A DNA stretch of 64,000 nt from Octopus sinensis (lineage: Eukaryota). Position numbers and translations under genes: made by a program. The notes under the pieces are model-generated. The model did no database searches. It had not been told where the DNA came from and was given only the letters and a program-made list of their open reading frames with translations. Positions 51,767-64,000 of the stretch are shown piece after piece (positions within the stretch are counted from its first letter, which is position 1; each line of letters begins with the position of its first letter). The stretch covers positions 22,072,001-22,136,000 of the forward strand of contig NC_043014.1 of assembly GCF_006345805.1 (NCBI RefSeq). Reading direction: 5' to 3'.

Positions 51767-51954
51767 ATAATAGCTTATATACATAGAGAAATTGAGGCTT
51801 AACTAGTCCCTTAGAAGTTAAGTCAATTTCATCCCTCACTAACCCCTCTTTATATATATGTGTGTGCGGGTGTGTTTGATAAGTGCCAACGTACGAAACT
51901 CTCGGACCTTGAGTCACTCTCTTACTTCTACATATTAATAAAAATGTACATATA

Positions 51955-54126
51955 CAATAATACCTCGTAGTACGAGTTTAATTCGTTCCATGACCGAGCT
52001 CGCTTTACGATTTATTCGCTTTTCAAATCAATTTTCCCCATTGAAATTAACTAAAATATAATTAATCCATTCCAGCCCCACAAAGCCACCCTAAAATAAT
52101 TTTTATGGGTTTTAAAGCAAAAAAGGTGTAGTTACAAGTAAAATGACAGTTATAAAAAAAGAGAATACAGAAAAAATATGTAAACTGACTTGATTAACTT
52201 AATTATCTTAAAGATTGGACGATTTGTGCGTGGGGATGACGATAGACCAGGTAGGAGGGGGATTACTGTTTGGAAGGAGAATCTCCTTCCATTAAGACTT
52301 CAGGAAGGACAATTTCTGGCGTGTTTTCTCTCACTTCGCTTAATTTAGGCTCTTTGGACACGCTTTCTTTACTTTTTACACTTGCAGGTCGTTTCATAAG
52401 AAATATATAAAGAGAAGTCTGCTTTTTCCTGCCTTTCAAAATGTTACGAAAATGCGCCAGTGCAGTGTAATTAAATAAAGCAGCTGCACGACCTGTAGAT
52501 ACTTTTACAGGATGATATTTCTCTACAAATTCAGAAACATATTGCCATTTTGCCAACACTGCCTTTATGTCAGTCGTAGAGATAGCATGCTCTGCAACAC
52601 TGTCCTCCGCTACACTGCCAGGCTATATCAATGAGTTTACAATGTTGTAGTTTACAATATTGTTGCAGTTTACAATTTTGTAGTGCTCCTTTCAAAACTC
52701 ACGAAGTGTTAGATTTGTATATTCGGCGACTTCAAAACACCGACGAAACAGGTGTTTGATGTACAACTTATTAAAATTAGAAATTACCTGTTGCTCCATG
52801 AGCTGCAAGATAAGGATGGTGTTTGTTGCGTGAAAGGTACATAACTATTATAAAGTTAAATTCGTTCAGGATATCATCTTCGAGGTTAAGAGGGTGGGCA
52901 GGTTCACAGTCGAGGATGATGAGAGCCTTGACGGGAAGATTGTTCTCCAGAAGATACTTTTTCACTGCTGGTCTAAAGACAAGATTGACTCACTCGGAGA
53001 AGAATTGTCTGGTGACCCAAGCTTTAACGTTTGCCCTCCATATGACCTGCAGCTTCTCCTTCAGGATTTTGTGAGACTTGAACGCTCATGGGTTTTCGGA
53101 ATGGTAGACAAGGAGCGGCTTAGTCTTCAGGTCTCCACTTGCATTGGCACAAAGGGCGAGAGGTAGCCTATCTTCTCCTCTGCGGTTATGTTGGTTCTTC
53201 TGGGCATTTTTTCCAAAAAAAGGCCATTTTTCTCACAGTTGAATACTTGTGCGATGTACCCCCCGGCTGCAATGAGCTGACGGAATTCACGCACGAAATC
53301 TTCAGCTGCCTTCGTATCAGAGCTCGCTGCTTCTCCATACCTGACGGCGCTATGAACACCAGTTCTCTTCTTGAAATTATCAAACCAGCCGCGACTGGCC
53401 TTAAATGCATCCGCTGATGTTTCCTCTGTCGCTGTTCCAGGGTTTTGCTTCAGGATATCCCCATACAGCGCTCGTGCTTTCTCGCAGATGATGGTCTCCG
53501 TAATCGTATTCTCTGCAAGTTACTTCTAGTTGATCCACAGGAGAAGCAATTTTCCGATCCTTTCGTGGACAGATGTGCGTTGCTTAGAGAGCCTGGAGAT
53601 ACCCTTTGCTGTTGTAATGGCCTTGATCTCATCCATTCTCTTCAGGATTGTGCAGATCGACGAAGTGCTTCGGTCGTATTGAGGTGTGATGTCCACTACA
53701 CGCATTCCTCTCTCATTTTTATCAATGATTTCTTTCTACAATTCTATCGTAATCAGTTTTTTCTTCTTTTCAGCACTGTCTTTTGCACTAATATTCTAAG
53801 GAGCCATGGCTAGCACAACTAATTATAAAATAAGAGCAAAATATATACAAAAATAAACAAAATTATTTGGGTAAAACATAACAGGGATGCTGCCACAACG
53901 CGATAAACACGTGAACTGAGCGAGCGGAGGCTGCGCTTGTTGGAAGAGCGTGTGTGAGTTCAGCGTCGACTAGCGGTCGTTTGCATGAAACTCGGTCGTA
54001 CTGCGAATTTCCGTTCGTGCTTCAAGACAAAATGTGCACGAGTCTCGGCTTGTACAGCAAACTACTCGTACAATGGTGCACTCGTACTGCGAGGTGCACT
54101 CGTACAATGGTGCACTCGTACTACTG
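51955..54126 (-). mobile_element. Tigger/pogo DNA transposon, full length, decayed
   Basis: TA flanks; TIR-like CAATAATACCTCGTAGTACGAGT on the left, rearranged copy on the right; CENP-B-type transposase remnants. Confidence 0.9.
52263..53808 (-). pseudogene. Tigger transposase (HTH + CENP-B HTH + DDE) with stops and frameshifts
   Basis: FKASRGWFDNFKKRTG, VFNCEKNGLFWKKMPRRT, KALIILDCEPAHP motifs. Confidence 0.9.
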
Positions 54127-54192
54127 TACTCATATTTTGCGTAGTATTTTTCCTGTCTGTATCAACATCCCTATATATACATATAAATATAT

Positions 54193-54822
54193 AAAATTGT
54201 TATTAAATCGTGGTTTTGGCCGTGTTGGCTGCTATTTCTACCTATTAAAGGGTAGTTTTCTTTTGTGTTTAAATGTACACTATTTTAAAATATGAATATG
54301 TTGTCTACTGACTATTTATACATGCTAGACCACATGTGGTGATATTTATAACGAATATTCGCTACCCTACATATGTATCTTATGAATATGTTCTTAGCAT
54401 TCTCGAAGATTCGGCTCGGCATTGTATTTATTGCCGACTGTAAATGTGCCTGCGTGCGAAGTTTTGAAAAATTATAACATATAATGACGGGGCACGTGTT
54501 CTTGTCTCTGAATTATAAGTAATTTATTGAGGCCGGTTACTGATGAGAATTCGCCTGGCGATAATATTGTTTTGCTAAATTACCTACTAAAGGATGGCAA
54601 ATAATCTTATCTTCTAAAGAAATTCGAGACCATGTTGATACAGATGTTGATAACCGCTAATAAAAATAACAAGGTAAAAGTTTTTAGTTTTCAATTCCTT
54701 CGAAAATTGCTATTAAATCGTGGTTTTGGCCGTGTTGGCTGCTATTTCTAGCATGCAAAAATTACCTATTAAAGGGTAGTTTTCTTTTGTGTTTAAATGT
54801 ACACTATTTTAAAATATGAATA
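54193..54822 (+). mobile_element. 510-bp terminally redundant unit with degenerate hammerhead
   Basis: About 105-bp direct repeat at 54193 and 54703 containing TTGGCTGCTATTTCTA; ends in (TA)n. Confidence 0.7.
54534..54656 (+). ncRNA. Degenerate type I hammerhead
   Basis: Stem I CGGUUA/UAACCG, CUGAUGA, stem II GAAUU/AAUUC; GAGAC instead of GAAAC and a damaged cleavage triplet. Confidence 0.5.
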
Positions 54823-54869
54823 TCTATATATATATATATACATACATACATATATATATATACATATAT

Positions 54870-54975
<106 letters not shown>

Positions 54976-55261
54976 ATAAATGTAAAAAAACACAAACTGG
55001 GACAAGAACGCAAAACATTTAGAAGACGATACAAAAAAAAAAACGGACGGGACATTCGAAGCCTTCGATCTTCAGTCAAAAACCGGATCATCTTCGCAAT
55101 TTCGGCTGATTAATTTTGAGATTGCTCCGACTTGGCCAGCCACAAAGGAAAATCTAAGCCAAGCGCCTTAGATTCCTTGGAAGAAAGCCTCGAATGTATA
55201 CAAAACAAGGACGGGAACGGATAAGAATACAAAAATACGTAAAAAATAATAATGATAATTA

Positions 55262-55665
55262 TAGGCGTAGGAGTGGCTGCGTGGTAAGTAGTTTGCTTAC
55301 CATCCACATGGTTCCGGGTTCAGTCCCACTGCGTGGCACCTTGGGCAAGTGTCTTCTACTATAGCCTCGGGCCGACCAAAGCCTTGAGTGGATTTGGTAG
55401 ACGGAAACTGAAAGAAGCCCGTCGTATATATGTATATATATATATGTGTGCGTGTGTGTTTTTGTGTCTGTGTTTGTCCCCCTTGCATTGCTTGACAACC
55501 GATGCTGGTGTGTTTATGTCCCCGTCACTTAGCGGTTCGGCAAAAGAGACCGATAGAATAAGTACTGGGCTTACAAAGAATAAGTTCCGGGGTCGAGTTG
55601 CTCGACTAAAGGCGGTGCTCCAGCATGGCCGCAGTCAAATGACTGAAACAAGTAAAAGAAAAAAT
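55262..55665 (+). mobile_element. SINE family A, full length
   Basis: A box TGGCTGCGTGGT, B box GGTTCAGTCCC, CORE-like CCTTGGGCAAGTGTCTT, internal microsatellite, LINE-like tail. Confidence 0.9.
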
Positions 55666-56091
55666 AAAAGAAATAACACGAATAAGAATACGAAAATACG
55701 TAAAAACAATAATGATAATAATAATAACAAAAACAGGACGTTACAGACAGGTGTCTTTTCGACTGGACGGGTGAACTTGAGCTGGCGCATTGAAAAATTC
55801 CCTAAAGGCGAAGAGAGAAATAAAATGTATCTGGCCTATACGGCTGTTGATCACGAAAAGGCAGAACAGCAGACCAAAAGTTAGTCACGTGTGAGCGGGA
55901 CAGAGGAAGAGAGAAAAAAGGGAACAAGGAACAAAGGAGGAGGAGGGGAGAGAGAGAGAAAGAGACGGGTCAAAGTGGAGTGCAAAGTGTGAAAGGCAGA
56001 GAAATGTAGGAGAGGGGGAGAGAGAGAGACAGTGTTGTAGAATCGTACCATGTATTAGAGAAAAAATGTATTTCACTTACATATATATATA

Positions 56092-57412
56092 CTAGCAGCA
56101 TAGCCCGGCGTTGCCCGGGTATGTAAGAAACTTTGTCGATAAGCAATGCCCTTTACCTTTTTACCCTTTTTTGTACTCATTGAACCGTTATTTTGTAAAA
56201 TGAAGCCTAAAAGGCATTAAGGCATTCAAGGCACCGTTCCCTTGCATGCATGAAGAAAATCTATGACAGTCAAAGTGCATTTTCTGGTTTTGTTTAGCAC
56301 ACCCAACCCAGTTCTGCGGGATCAGTGTCACGACGGGAACGCATGGGTTGGGAGTTTGACAGGCAGAGGTGATAAGGTTGCACATGCTGGCCCTTTTGAC
56401 ACCGCCCCACCGAACCCAAGTTGGGTTCGGACCACAGCTAAGCCCTATCTAATCCTAACCTAAATCTAGCGAAAGGGGGCTGGGGGCTCGGGAGCCTCTA
56501 GTAGGCAACGGCTAATCCCGATCTAGTCTTTTCCCTCTAGGGAACGAAGGCGCATGTGTAGGTTGCAACGTCTTCTCTTCACTCCAATACTTCTGTGTAT
56601 ACGACGTTCCAAGCTGAAGTGGCAAAAATCGACTAAATCGCCTGAAATCCGCGAACTATTTAACAAAAGTCAGTTTTGTAGGGTTCGCATGGTCGGTCTC
56701 AAAGTGATATGGTTTTGTCGATTTCTCCCAATACTTGTTAACTGCATTGACAAAAGGTCGTTAGTTTGACATTTAATGCAAACTTGATGTCCAACATCGG
56801 TGTAGGGAAAATCTATGTGAACTTTCAAAAATTATCACAGAAAATTCGGTTTGCTATGTGTGCCACATATGATGTAATTAACCGATTTTTTCCAGTAATG
56901 ACGTATCCTATTGGAATCAAAAGGACCATATAGCTTCTTGGAGCAGACATGATGCTAGCTGTGAATTTCAAAAAAAATTCCTGCCAATTTGTTAAAGATA
57001 TTGTCGAAAATATGTAATCTTGAATTTGAATGCGATTTCCCAAAATGGCATGATTTTATCGATTTTTTCTGATGGTAAGGTATTGCATGGAAAACTAACG
57101 TCAGAATTAAGTTCCTTAGGGTAACATTAAACTTCAACATGAGTCTGGTGAAAATCGATTGCAAGTTGCGAAAACTACAACGGAAAATGTGTTGCATATG
57201 ATAAGCTTAGATTCTCGACCCCATGTCGAATTTATTGATTTTTTTCAGAACTGGGGGAACTTTTCAAAATTTTCGCTGGGTTAGTTTTGAATTATGACAT
57301 TGGGCTATGTGTGTGTCAAGTTTCATCAGAATCGGTTGAAAGCCGTGGTCAGGGTCAGGGTACAACCTGACAGACACACAGACAGACAAACTGCCTTTTA
57401 TATATATAAAGA
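56092..57412 (-). mobile_element. Non-autonomous Helitron-like element, long form
   Basis: 5' TCTTTATATATATAAAAGGCAG; 3' hairpin CCCGGGCAACGCCGGG then GCTAG|T. Confidence 0.7.
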
Positions 57413-57792
57413 CTAGCAGTATCGCCCGGCGTTGCTCAGGTTTGTAAGGGAAATAACTATAAAGCATTTTTAGAGAGTTATAGCCAAAAAATAGCAAAAA
57501 ATGGAAAAAAATTATGGTAAATTTTTTTTTAGTTAAAGAAGGTGGAGTTGCGTCCCCTAGACAGTTTGCGGTTTGTGTTTCTGATTCTCGACCCCATGTC
57601 AAATTTATCGATTTTTTTCAGAACTGGGGGAACTTTTCAAAATTTTCGCTTCGTTAGTTTTGAATTATGACATTGGGCTATGTGTGTGTCAAGTTTCATC
57701 AGAATCGGTTGAAAGCCGTGGTCAGGGTGAGGGTACAAGCAAACAGACACACAGAAACACGCACAGACAAACTGCCGTTTATATAGAGAGAG
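57413..57792 (-). mobile_element. Non-autonomous Helitron-like element, short form
   Basis: Shares about 200 bp of 5' sequence with the long form; 3' end matches the 16097 type. Confidence 0.75.
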
Positions 57793-57859
57793 ATATATAT
57801 ACATACATACATACATACATACACATACATACATACATACATACATACATACATACATG

Positions 57860-57948
<89 letters not shown>

Positions 57949-57961
57949 TATATACATACAT

Positions 57962-59097
57962 AAAGCAAATGCACCCGTCCTTTGGGCGGTTTAAATTGCT
58001 TTGGTATTTTTTAAACCAAATAATTGAACTACCGAGAAGGTTTATGAGTAACACGGCAATCTATGCTTTCGATTAACCTAGGAATGGAAAATCGAATTGA
58101 AGGCTGGTTATTGTGGAAGTCGTTGCACTTTAATGTTCATGGAACATATAAGTTTGCAAGTGATGTAAAGTATAGCTACTGAAGTGTTTTGGGAGTAGAT
58201 TACAGATAATGTCTACAAACTATAGTTGTTTTACATGAAAGCGAAATTTATTGTCAGAAGCAGCCATATAAATGGTGTAAGGAAATTGAAGGAAGACGTT
58301 GAAACTTCCCCTCTGCGAGTTTATTTTTCTCAACAGCAAAGGGAGTAATTTCTTCGGAGAGATAAGCAAACAAAATCCCCCTTTATTCTGTCTTCCCACA
58401 TAGCCTGCGCTTAAACTAACAGTGAATGCGGCATAAAGTTAAATTGGCGTGAAGCTTTCTGAAAGATACGTATAGCTTTTGCTAGTAGAAACAAGACTGT
58501 TATCTAATGATTGATTCTTTGGTCTACGAATCATAAGTGATTGTTTAAAAAAAGCTAAATCGACAATGCTAAAATGTATTTGAAACAATGGACAACAGTC
58601 AAAATATAATGGATGGGTAAATAAACATCCTTAAAGTGACACAACGCATTGGTAGGTAAATAAGGGTATCAACAGATGGAAGACAGGGAAGGGAACATCA
58701 CCTCTCATGTAATTTAGGATAGGTAAAGGTAAGCTTGCCAAAGTTTGATGCAGTTTGAATATGGAGATTAAGATTTTTTGGTATTGGATAACCCTCGCGT
58801 ACAGTGTTCCTAGTCAATTTAATCATGGTGGCAGGTGGACTGTCGAAATAAATAAATAGACAAAATCCTTTCACTTTTATATAAAGATTAAAAAAGTATG
58901 TAAGATCCTACACACAAAAAAAAAACTATGTCCATTTAGGTCCATTTACGCAGGAACTCTGGGCAAAATGTTTAGTGCATGACCATCCTTGAGACATAAG
59001 TAATGTGTGTGTAAAGTTTGGTGAAAATCGGGTGAGAATTGTGGAAATGTATGCGTTAGTCATTATACACACACATACTGTGATTTATCTATACTAG

Positions 59098-59098
<1 letters not shown>
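57962..59098 (-). mobile_element. Probable diverged Helitron-like element
   Basis: 5' A|TCTAGTATAGATAAAT, AAGTTTGGTGAAAATCGG block like the other copies; degenerate 3' hairpin near 57972-57990. Confidence 0.4.
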
Positions 59099-59139
<41 letters not shown>

Positions 59140-59141
59140 TG

Positions 59142-59259
<118 letters not shown>

Positions 59260-59293
59260 TGTATGTATGTATATATATATATATATATATCTG

Positions 59294-59343
<50 letters not shown>

Positions 59344-59481
59344 TGTATGTATATATCTGTATGTATGTATATATATATATATATATGTATGTATGTAAAT
59401 ATATGTATGTATGTATATATATATATGAATGTATGTAAATATATGTATGTATATATATGTGTTTGTATATATGTATGTGTA

Positions 59482-59509
59482 TCTTTATATATATAAAACT
59501 GAGAATGTG

Positions 59510-59548
<39 letters not shown>

Positions 59549-60521
59549 ATGTATGTTTCCCTTAAACTTGAGAACTACACAACCAATTTCATTCAAATTT
59601 TACGCATGCCTTACTTAGGGTCCATGTAGTTTCATGGGTAAAAAAAAATGTTCAACTTCTTACCTAGAGCAAGCCCATAGCAATATCATATCTTCTCCAC
59701 TATTACGTGTTAAAAGTGAAACAAAAATATTTCTCTATTTTATGTCAGATGCTTTCACTTTAACAATAAAAATAATAATAACAATTGAATTATATGTTGT
59801 AAGTAATAATTAAAATCAAACTAAAGTATAATATAATCGTAACATAACAAAAGTAAAAATAGCAATTGGTATAAAATTGCATCAATGATTTGAACTTGAA
59901 TAAGTGGTTTCACATGAATGGGAATAAATTAAAAATAAAATTAGCCTGCAGAAATGGAATAGTCCAGATGGATAATAAAAAATTAGATTAAAGAAAAGAC
60001 TATTGTCTATAAAGTATGCAATGTAGAGAAAAAAGATTTGAACACATGGAGGAAAGCACCTTCGAAAAGTGTCTTGGTGCGACTATGAAAGATATCTAAT
60101 CAGAGGCGGTAAATTTGCCACAATAGAAACAAGGTTCGAGTCAACGGAGCGTGCAAGGGAGTACTCGACTCGAATTTGCAAAGTGGAAATATTTTACCTT
60201 TACCTTTATATCTGGGACGTAGGACGTCCCGGAAAAAAATTTTAAATGCCCCCCCCCCCGAAGTAGAGATAGGCTGGATTGTAACCACACTTCTATACAA
60301 GAGGGAGGACAAGATACAATTGATCGAAATTACAAGAGACGGGCTAACAATTCCAGTCTGAGTATTGTTATCACTAGCGATATCAAGATATAACTTTGTA
60401 TTTTGCATTTTATGTGTAGATGTATATATATAGAGATCTACATGTAATATGTACACATATATATACACATATATACATGCACTAGCACTATGACCCGGCA
60501 ACGACGGGTCTTTAATGCTAG
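59482..60521 (+). mobile_element. Helitron-like element
   Basis: A|TCTTTATATATATAAAACTGAG 5' end; hairpin GACCCG-n7-CGGGTC then CTAG|T at 60518-60522; continuity between the ends is inferred. Confidence 0.5.
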
Positions 60522-60584
60522 TATATATATATGCATGCATGTGTATGTATGTGTATATATATTGGTAATATATATATATATATA

Positions 60585-62700
60585 TTTGATTTGATCTAGT
60601 TTCAGCTCATGAGCTGTGGCCATGCTGGGGCACTGCCATTTGGTGTTGCTACATAATTTTGCTTCACTAATTCTTTTTAGAAATCGACATTTGGTGCATG
60701 AGGGAGTTTGATGCCGCTGTCCTCATCTGCACTTCCTGCTGTGAAGTTGGTTCATCTGGGACACTTGACAGTAGGTCTCTCAGGTTCTTCGGGAGGATAT
60801 TGAGCTGTCGGCCTTTAAAGCCCAGGTTGTCGCAATATCTTGTCTTATACCTTAATGGTAAAGTTGAAGTCTTTGGCACTATGCAGTGGCCCCCTATTCT
60901 AGCATTAGTATAACTCTCGATGCCGACGTTTAGGACAAGTCCATCTAGGATCTTCCAGATGGCATATCTTATGGCCTATTTTATGGCATATCTTTCCCGC
61001 CTACGCTCTAGGGAACAGAGTCTCAATCTCTTGAGTCTTTCCCAGTAGCTTATTTGCTGCATAGAGGCTATCTTCTTCGTTGGATTGCCTCAAGTTCTGC
61101 AATTAATTTTACACTGGTTGGTGACCATAGCTGGAAGCAATAGTCAAAACAGCTTAGGACAACTGCCCTCCAGCGGACCATCATGGTTTCCTGATTTCTC
61201 GTTCTAAAAGTTCTAAGAATCCATCCGGTCAGCCCCTCTATTTCATTGCCAAGTTAGCAATATGCACATGGAAGGATGCATCATTACTCATGTAAATGCC
61301 CAGGCCTCGCATTGACTTTGTCTCTGGGATTGCAATCCCTTTAGGTCCAGTGTATTTAACTGGTATTGCATTTAGCACAAGGCTTGAAACTTTTCAGCAT
61401 TAAATTGCATGCTATTCTTCTCAGCCCATTTGTATATTTCATCCAACTCACGTTGCAGGTGCATAGCGTCTTAAAGGTTCTGTATCACCTGTAAGACTTT
61501 TGTATCATCTGCATAATTAGTGATGGTGACTCTCTGTGTGGCTGAGGGCATATCTGAGAGGGTCATTATGAACAGTAGTGGTCCCAAGACAGTGCCTTGT
61601 GGAACACGGCTCACTATTTGTGTGTCACTGGAGGTGGCCCCATTGGCTACTCCCACCTGACTCCTATCCTTCAAAAAGTCATGCAGCCATTTTCCTAATT
61701 TTCCGACTATGCCGAGATCCCGCAGTTTGTGACATATTCCATGATCGACTTTATCGAAGGCCTTTGCAAAGTAGAAATATATCACATCCACATTTGAGTG
61801 GTTGAGCAGCTGTTTCAACACCCAGTCATAGTGTTGTAAAAGCTGAATCAAGCAGCTTCTTCCTGGTTGGAAACCATGTTGGGTGTCAGTCAGCAAGTCA
61901 TTTTCTTCAAGGAAGATGGTTAGTTTTCTTCTGACTATTCATTCCATGACTTTGCTGATGTGCGAAGTCAGAGAGATAGTCTGTAGTTTTTGGCCTCTGC
62001 TCTGCTACCGCCTTTATGAATACGGCATATTTTACCTTCCTCCAGCTTGCTTGGAAGTTTGTCTGTTGCAAAGAAGCTCTGGAAGAGGGAATGCAGTGGT
62101 CTTGCTAGAACTCGCTTACATGATTTTCATCTATAGCCCTTATTATATCGTCTTATTTTATATTGATGTAATTAATCATCACTGCCTCTGTTTTTATATC
62201 TGCAGTGGTAAAAAAAAGTCAGTTGGATTGCTGACTTGCAAGTGTCCTAGGGTGGACTGAAAATACTTCTGAATTACTCATTTAGTATTTTACTTATCCT
62301 CCTCTTTGGGGTTTCCTGTGAGTGAACCATCTTTTTCGAGGAGTGGCCCTACCCTGCAGTGCACTGAGGCTGTTTCTTTGACAAACTTGTAGAAGGCTCT
62401 GGGGTTAGATTTTATGTTGTCTTTAGCTTAGGCTTCTTTGTCTGCTCTTTCTTATTCATGGGTGAGTTGCAGATTGTTTTTCAGTCTCCAGCAGTTGTAT
62501 TTTCAGGCTGGATTTCTCAGTGCTTTCAGTTTGTGTTTAGGCGATTTGAAATCTTTGTATGCCGTCTCATAAAAGTTTTCCTCTACCTCGGGATTTTGTT
62601 CTTGAGTACAGTGGCCGTTCTCTCCGGGACACATTTGTAGCATATGTCTTGCATTACAGACATGAATTGTTGAAGTTTCATGTCGATGTCCGGTGAGGAG
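60585..62700 (-). mobile_element. Second, more decayed copy of the CR1/L2-group LINE (5'-truncated)
   Basis: Colinear with 24985-27200; QHGFQPGRSCL, VPQGTVLGP, YADD; same 3' tail; many indels. Confidence 0.92.
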
Positions 62701-62770
62701 AGAAGATATGTATATATATAAATATGTGTATGTGTTTGTGTGAGCGTGTGTTTATTTATATATGTATGTC

Positions 62771-62806
<36 letters not shown>

Positions 62807-62831
62807 CATGAATGTCTATATATATGTATGT

Positions 62832-62862
<31 letters not shown>

Positions 62863-62937
62863 TATGTATGTATATGTATGTATGTATGTGAATATATATA
62901 TGTATGTGTATATATGTATATGTAGACATATGTATGC

Positions 62938-62975
<38 letters not shown>

Positions 62976-62977
<2 letters not shown>

Positions 62978-64000
62978 TAAGTCATCTCATAAATAATGCC
63001 ATATTTTTATACTTCTTTTATTTTTCATAATTAAGATAAACAATTTTTTTTTAAATGTAAAATATACTCTCCTTAATTTTCTACAATGTTCTTCCATCTG
63101 TGTGGAAGACTCGCAAGGCTCCTCTTCCAAAATTCTCTTGTCCGCGACGAAAATTTTCCTCCCACATTGTTCTGACCTCGTCTACAGAATTCATATTTTA
63201 CCCGTCCATATGATTTTGAAGACTGCGGAATAAATGACCATCAGATGGGGCAATGTTTGGCGAATATGGTGGATGGTGCATCATTCGTTTCCACATTCAA
63301 ATTGCTCTAGCCTTTGGAATGTCATCCTCGGTATATGTGGTCGAGTATTATCCTGATGGAAGAACACCTTTCGTCTTGAAACCAAAGATGGTCGTTTTTC
63401 TTCCAGCACTGACTTAAGCCGCCCAAGCTGCTCTCGGTAGATCTCCTTTGTTATCGTTTGGTTTGGATTTAAAAGTTCAAAGTGGACTAAACCTTTCACA
63501 TCCCACGAAACAGAACAACACCTTACGCAGTTGAAGATCTTTAGCCTGGGGTGCCGGTGTTTCTCTTTTCCCTACCTACCGTCTTCGGCGCTTGATATTT
63601 TTATAGAGAACCCATTTCTCGTCACCAGTCACTATTCAATCCAAAAACGGGTCATTCGTGAGACGTGACTGCAAAGATCACACATTCACTCTCTACGAAC
63701 GATTAGAGTCGGAAAGTTTGGCCCGAATTGCTGACTTTTCCGATGGCACGCAGGTATTGATGAATGGTTTCTCTGCTAGTTCCTCAACAGTTACGACAGG
63801 ATTTTGTTCCACTAGGTTTTGCAGTACGTCCTCGTCGAACTCTACAGATCTTCCAGGACAAGGCTCGACTTCTAGGTTGTAGTTTCCGGCTCGGAATTTC
63901 TGGAACCACTGTTGACACGGCTTACATTTATTGTCCGGTCTCCATATACTGCATTATTATTCCTCGCACTTTCTGTTGCGTTGTTGCCTTTATTGAACTC
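62976..64000 (-). mobile_element. Mariner (D,D34D-type) transposon, decayed, runs off window end
   Basis: KGLVHFELL, FHQDNTRPH, HHPPYSPNIAPSD motifs; TIR-like TACTAAGTCATCTCATAAATAATGCC next to (TA)n. Confidence 0.9.

Noticed and set aside
53445-53813. 122-aa plus-strand ORF and neighbours; likewise plus-strand ORFs over 25.1-28.3 kb
   Set aside because: Antisense to transposase or LINE coding sequence.
55040-55078. CTGAAGA...GAATGTC on the minus strand as a hammerhead
   Set aside because: No stem I, GAAA box altered, and the TCGAAG/CTTCGA palindrome would sequester core bases.
55333-55884. 183-aa ORF
   Set aside because: Read-through of a SINE A copy and the adjacent repeat.

Overview
AT-rich, microsatellite-dense eukaryotic DNA with no complete host gene that I can support. 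The repeat repertoire (tRNA-derived SINEs, (TA)n/(TACA)n arrays) most resembles an octopus/cephalopod genome; this is an inference from recall, not a database result. The window is a mosaic of mobile elements. LINEs: two copies of a CR1/L2-group element (25.0-28.3 kb and 60.6-62.7 kb) and five R4/Dong-like fragments, the best-defined ones bounded by (TAA)n. Penelope-like elements (PLEs): two families, one a head-to-head inverted RT/GIY-YIG insertion at 8.8-13.2 kb. DNA elements: a full-length but decayed Tigger/pogo (51955-54126), a mariner running off the right edge, several non-autonomous Helitron-like elements and MITEs. There is also a probable solo LTR, about 17 SINE copies and a 986-bp tandem duplication carrying a candidate exon. 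The most interesting signal is a set of type I hammerhead ribozyme folds read by eye at 7.4, 9.0, 13.0, 19.0, 21.0, 42.9, 43.3, 43.8 and 54.5 kb, plus a doubtful relic at 5.5 kb. Four of these loci are non-coding units of about 350-510 bp bounded by (TA)n, and three of the four show terminal redundancy or tandem copies. Three otherwise dissimilar units share a GCTATTTCTA motif between the ribozyme and the 3' end, and several insertions have a head-to-head inverted arm. This looks like a PLE-mobilised, retrozyme-like system. All alignments and folds were done manually, so boundaries are approximate unless stated base by base.
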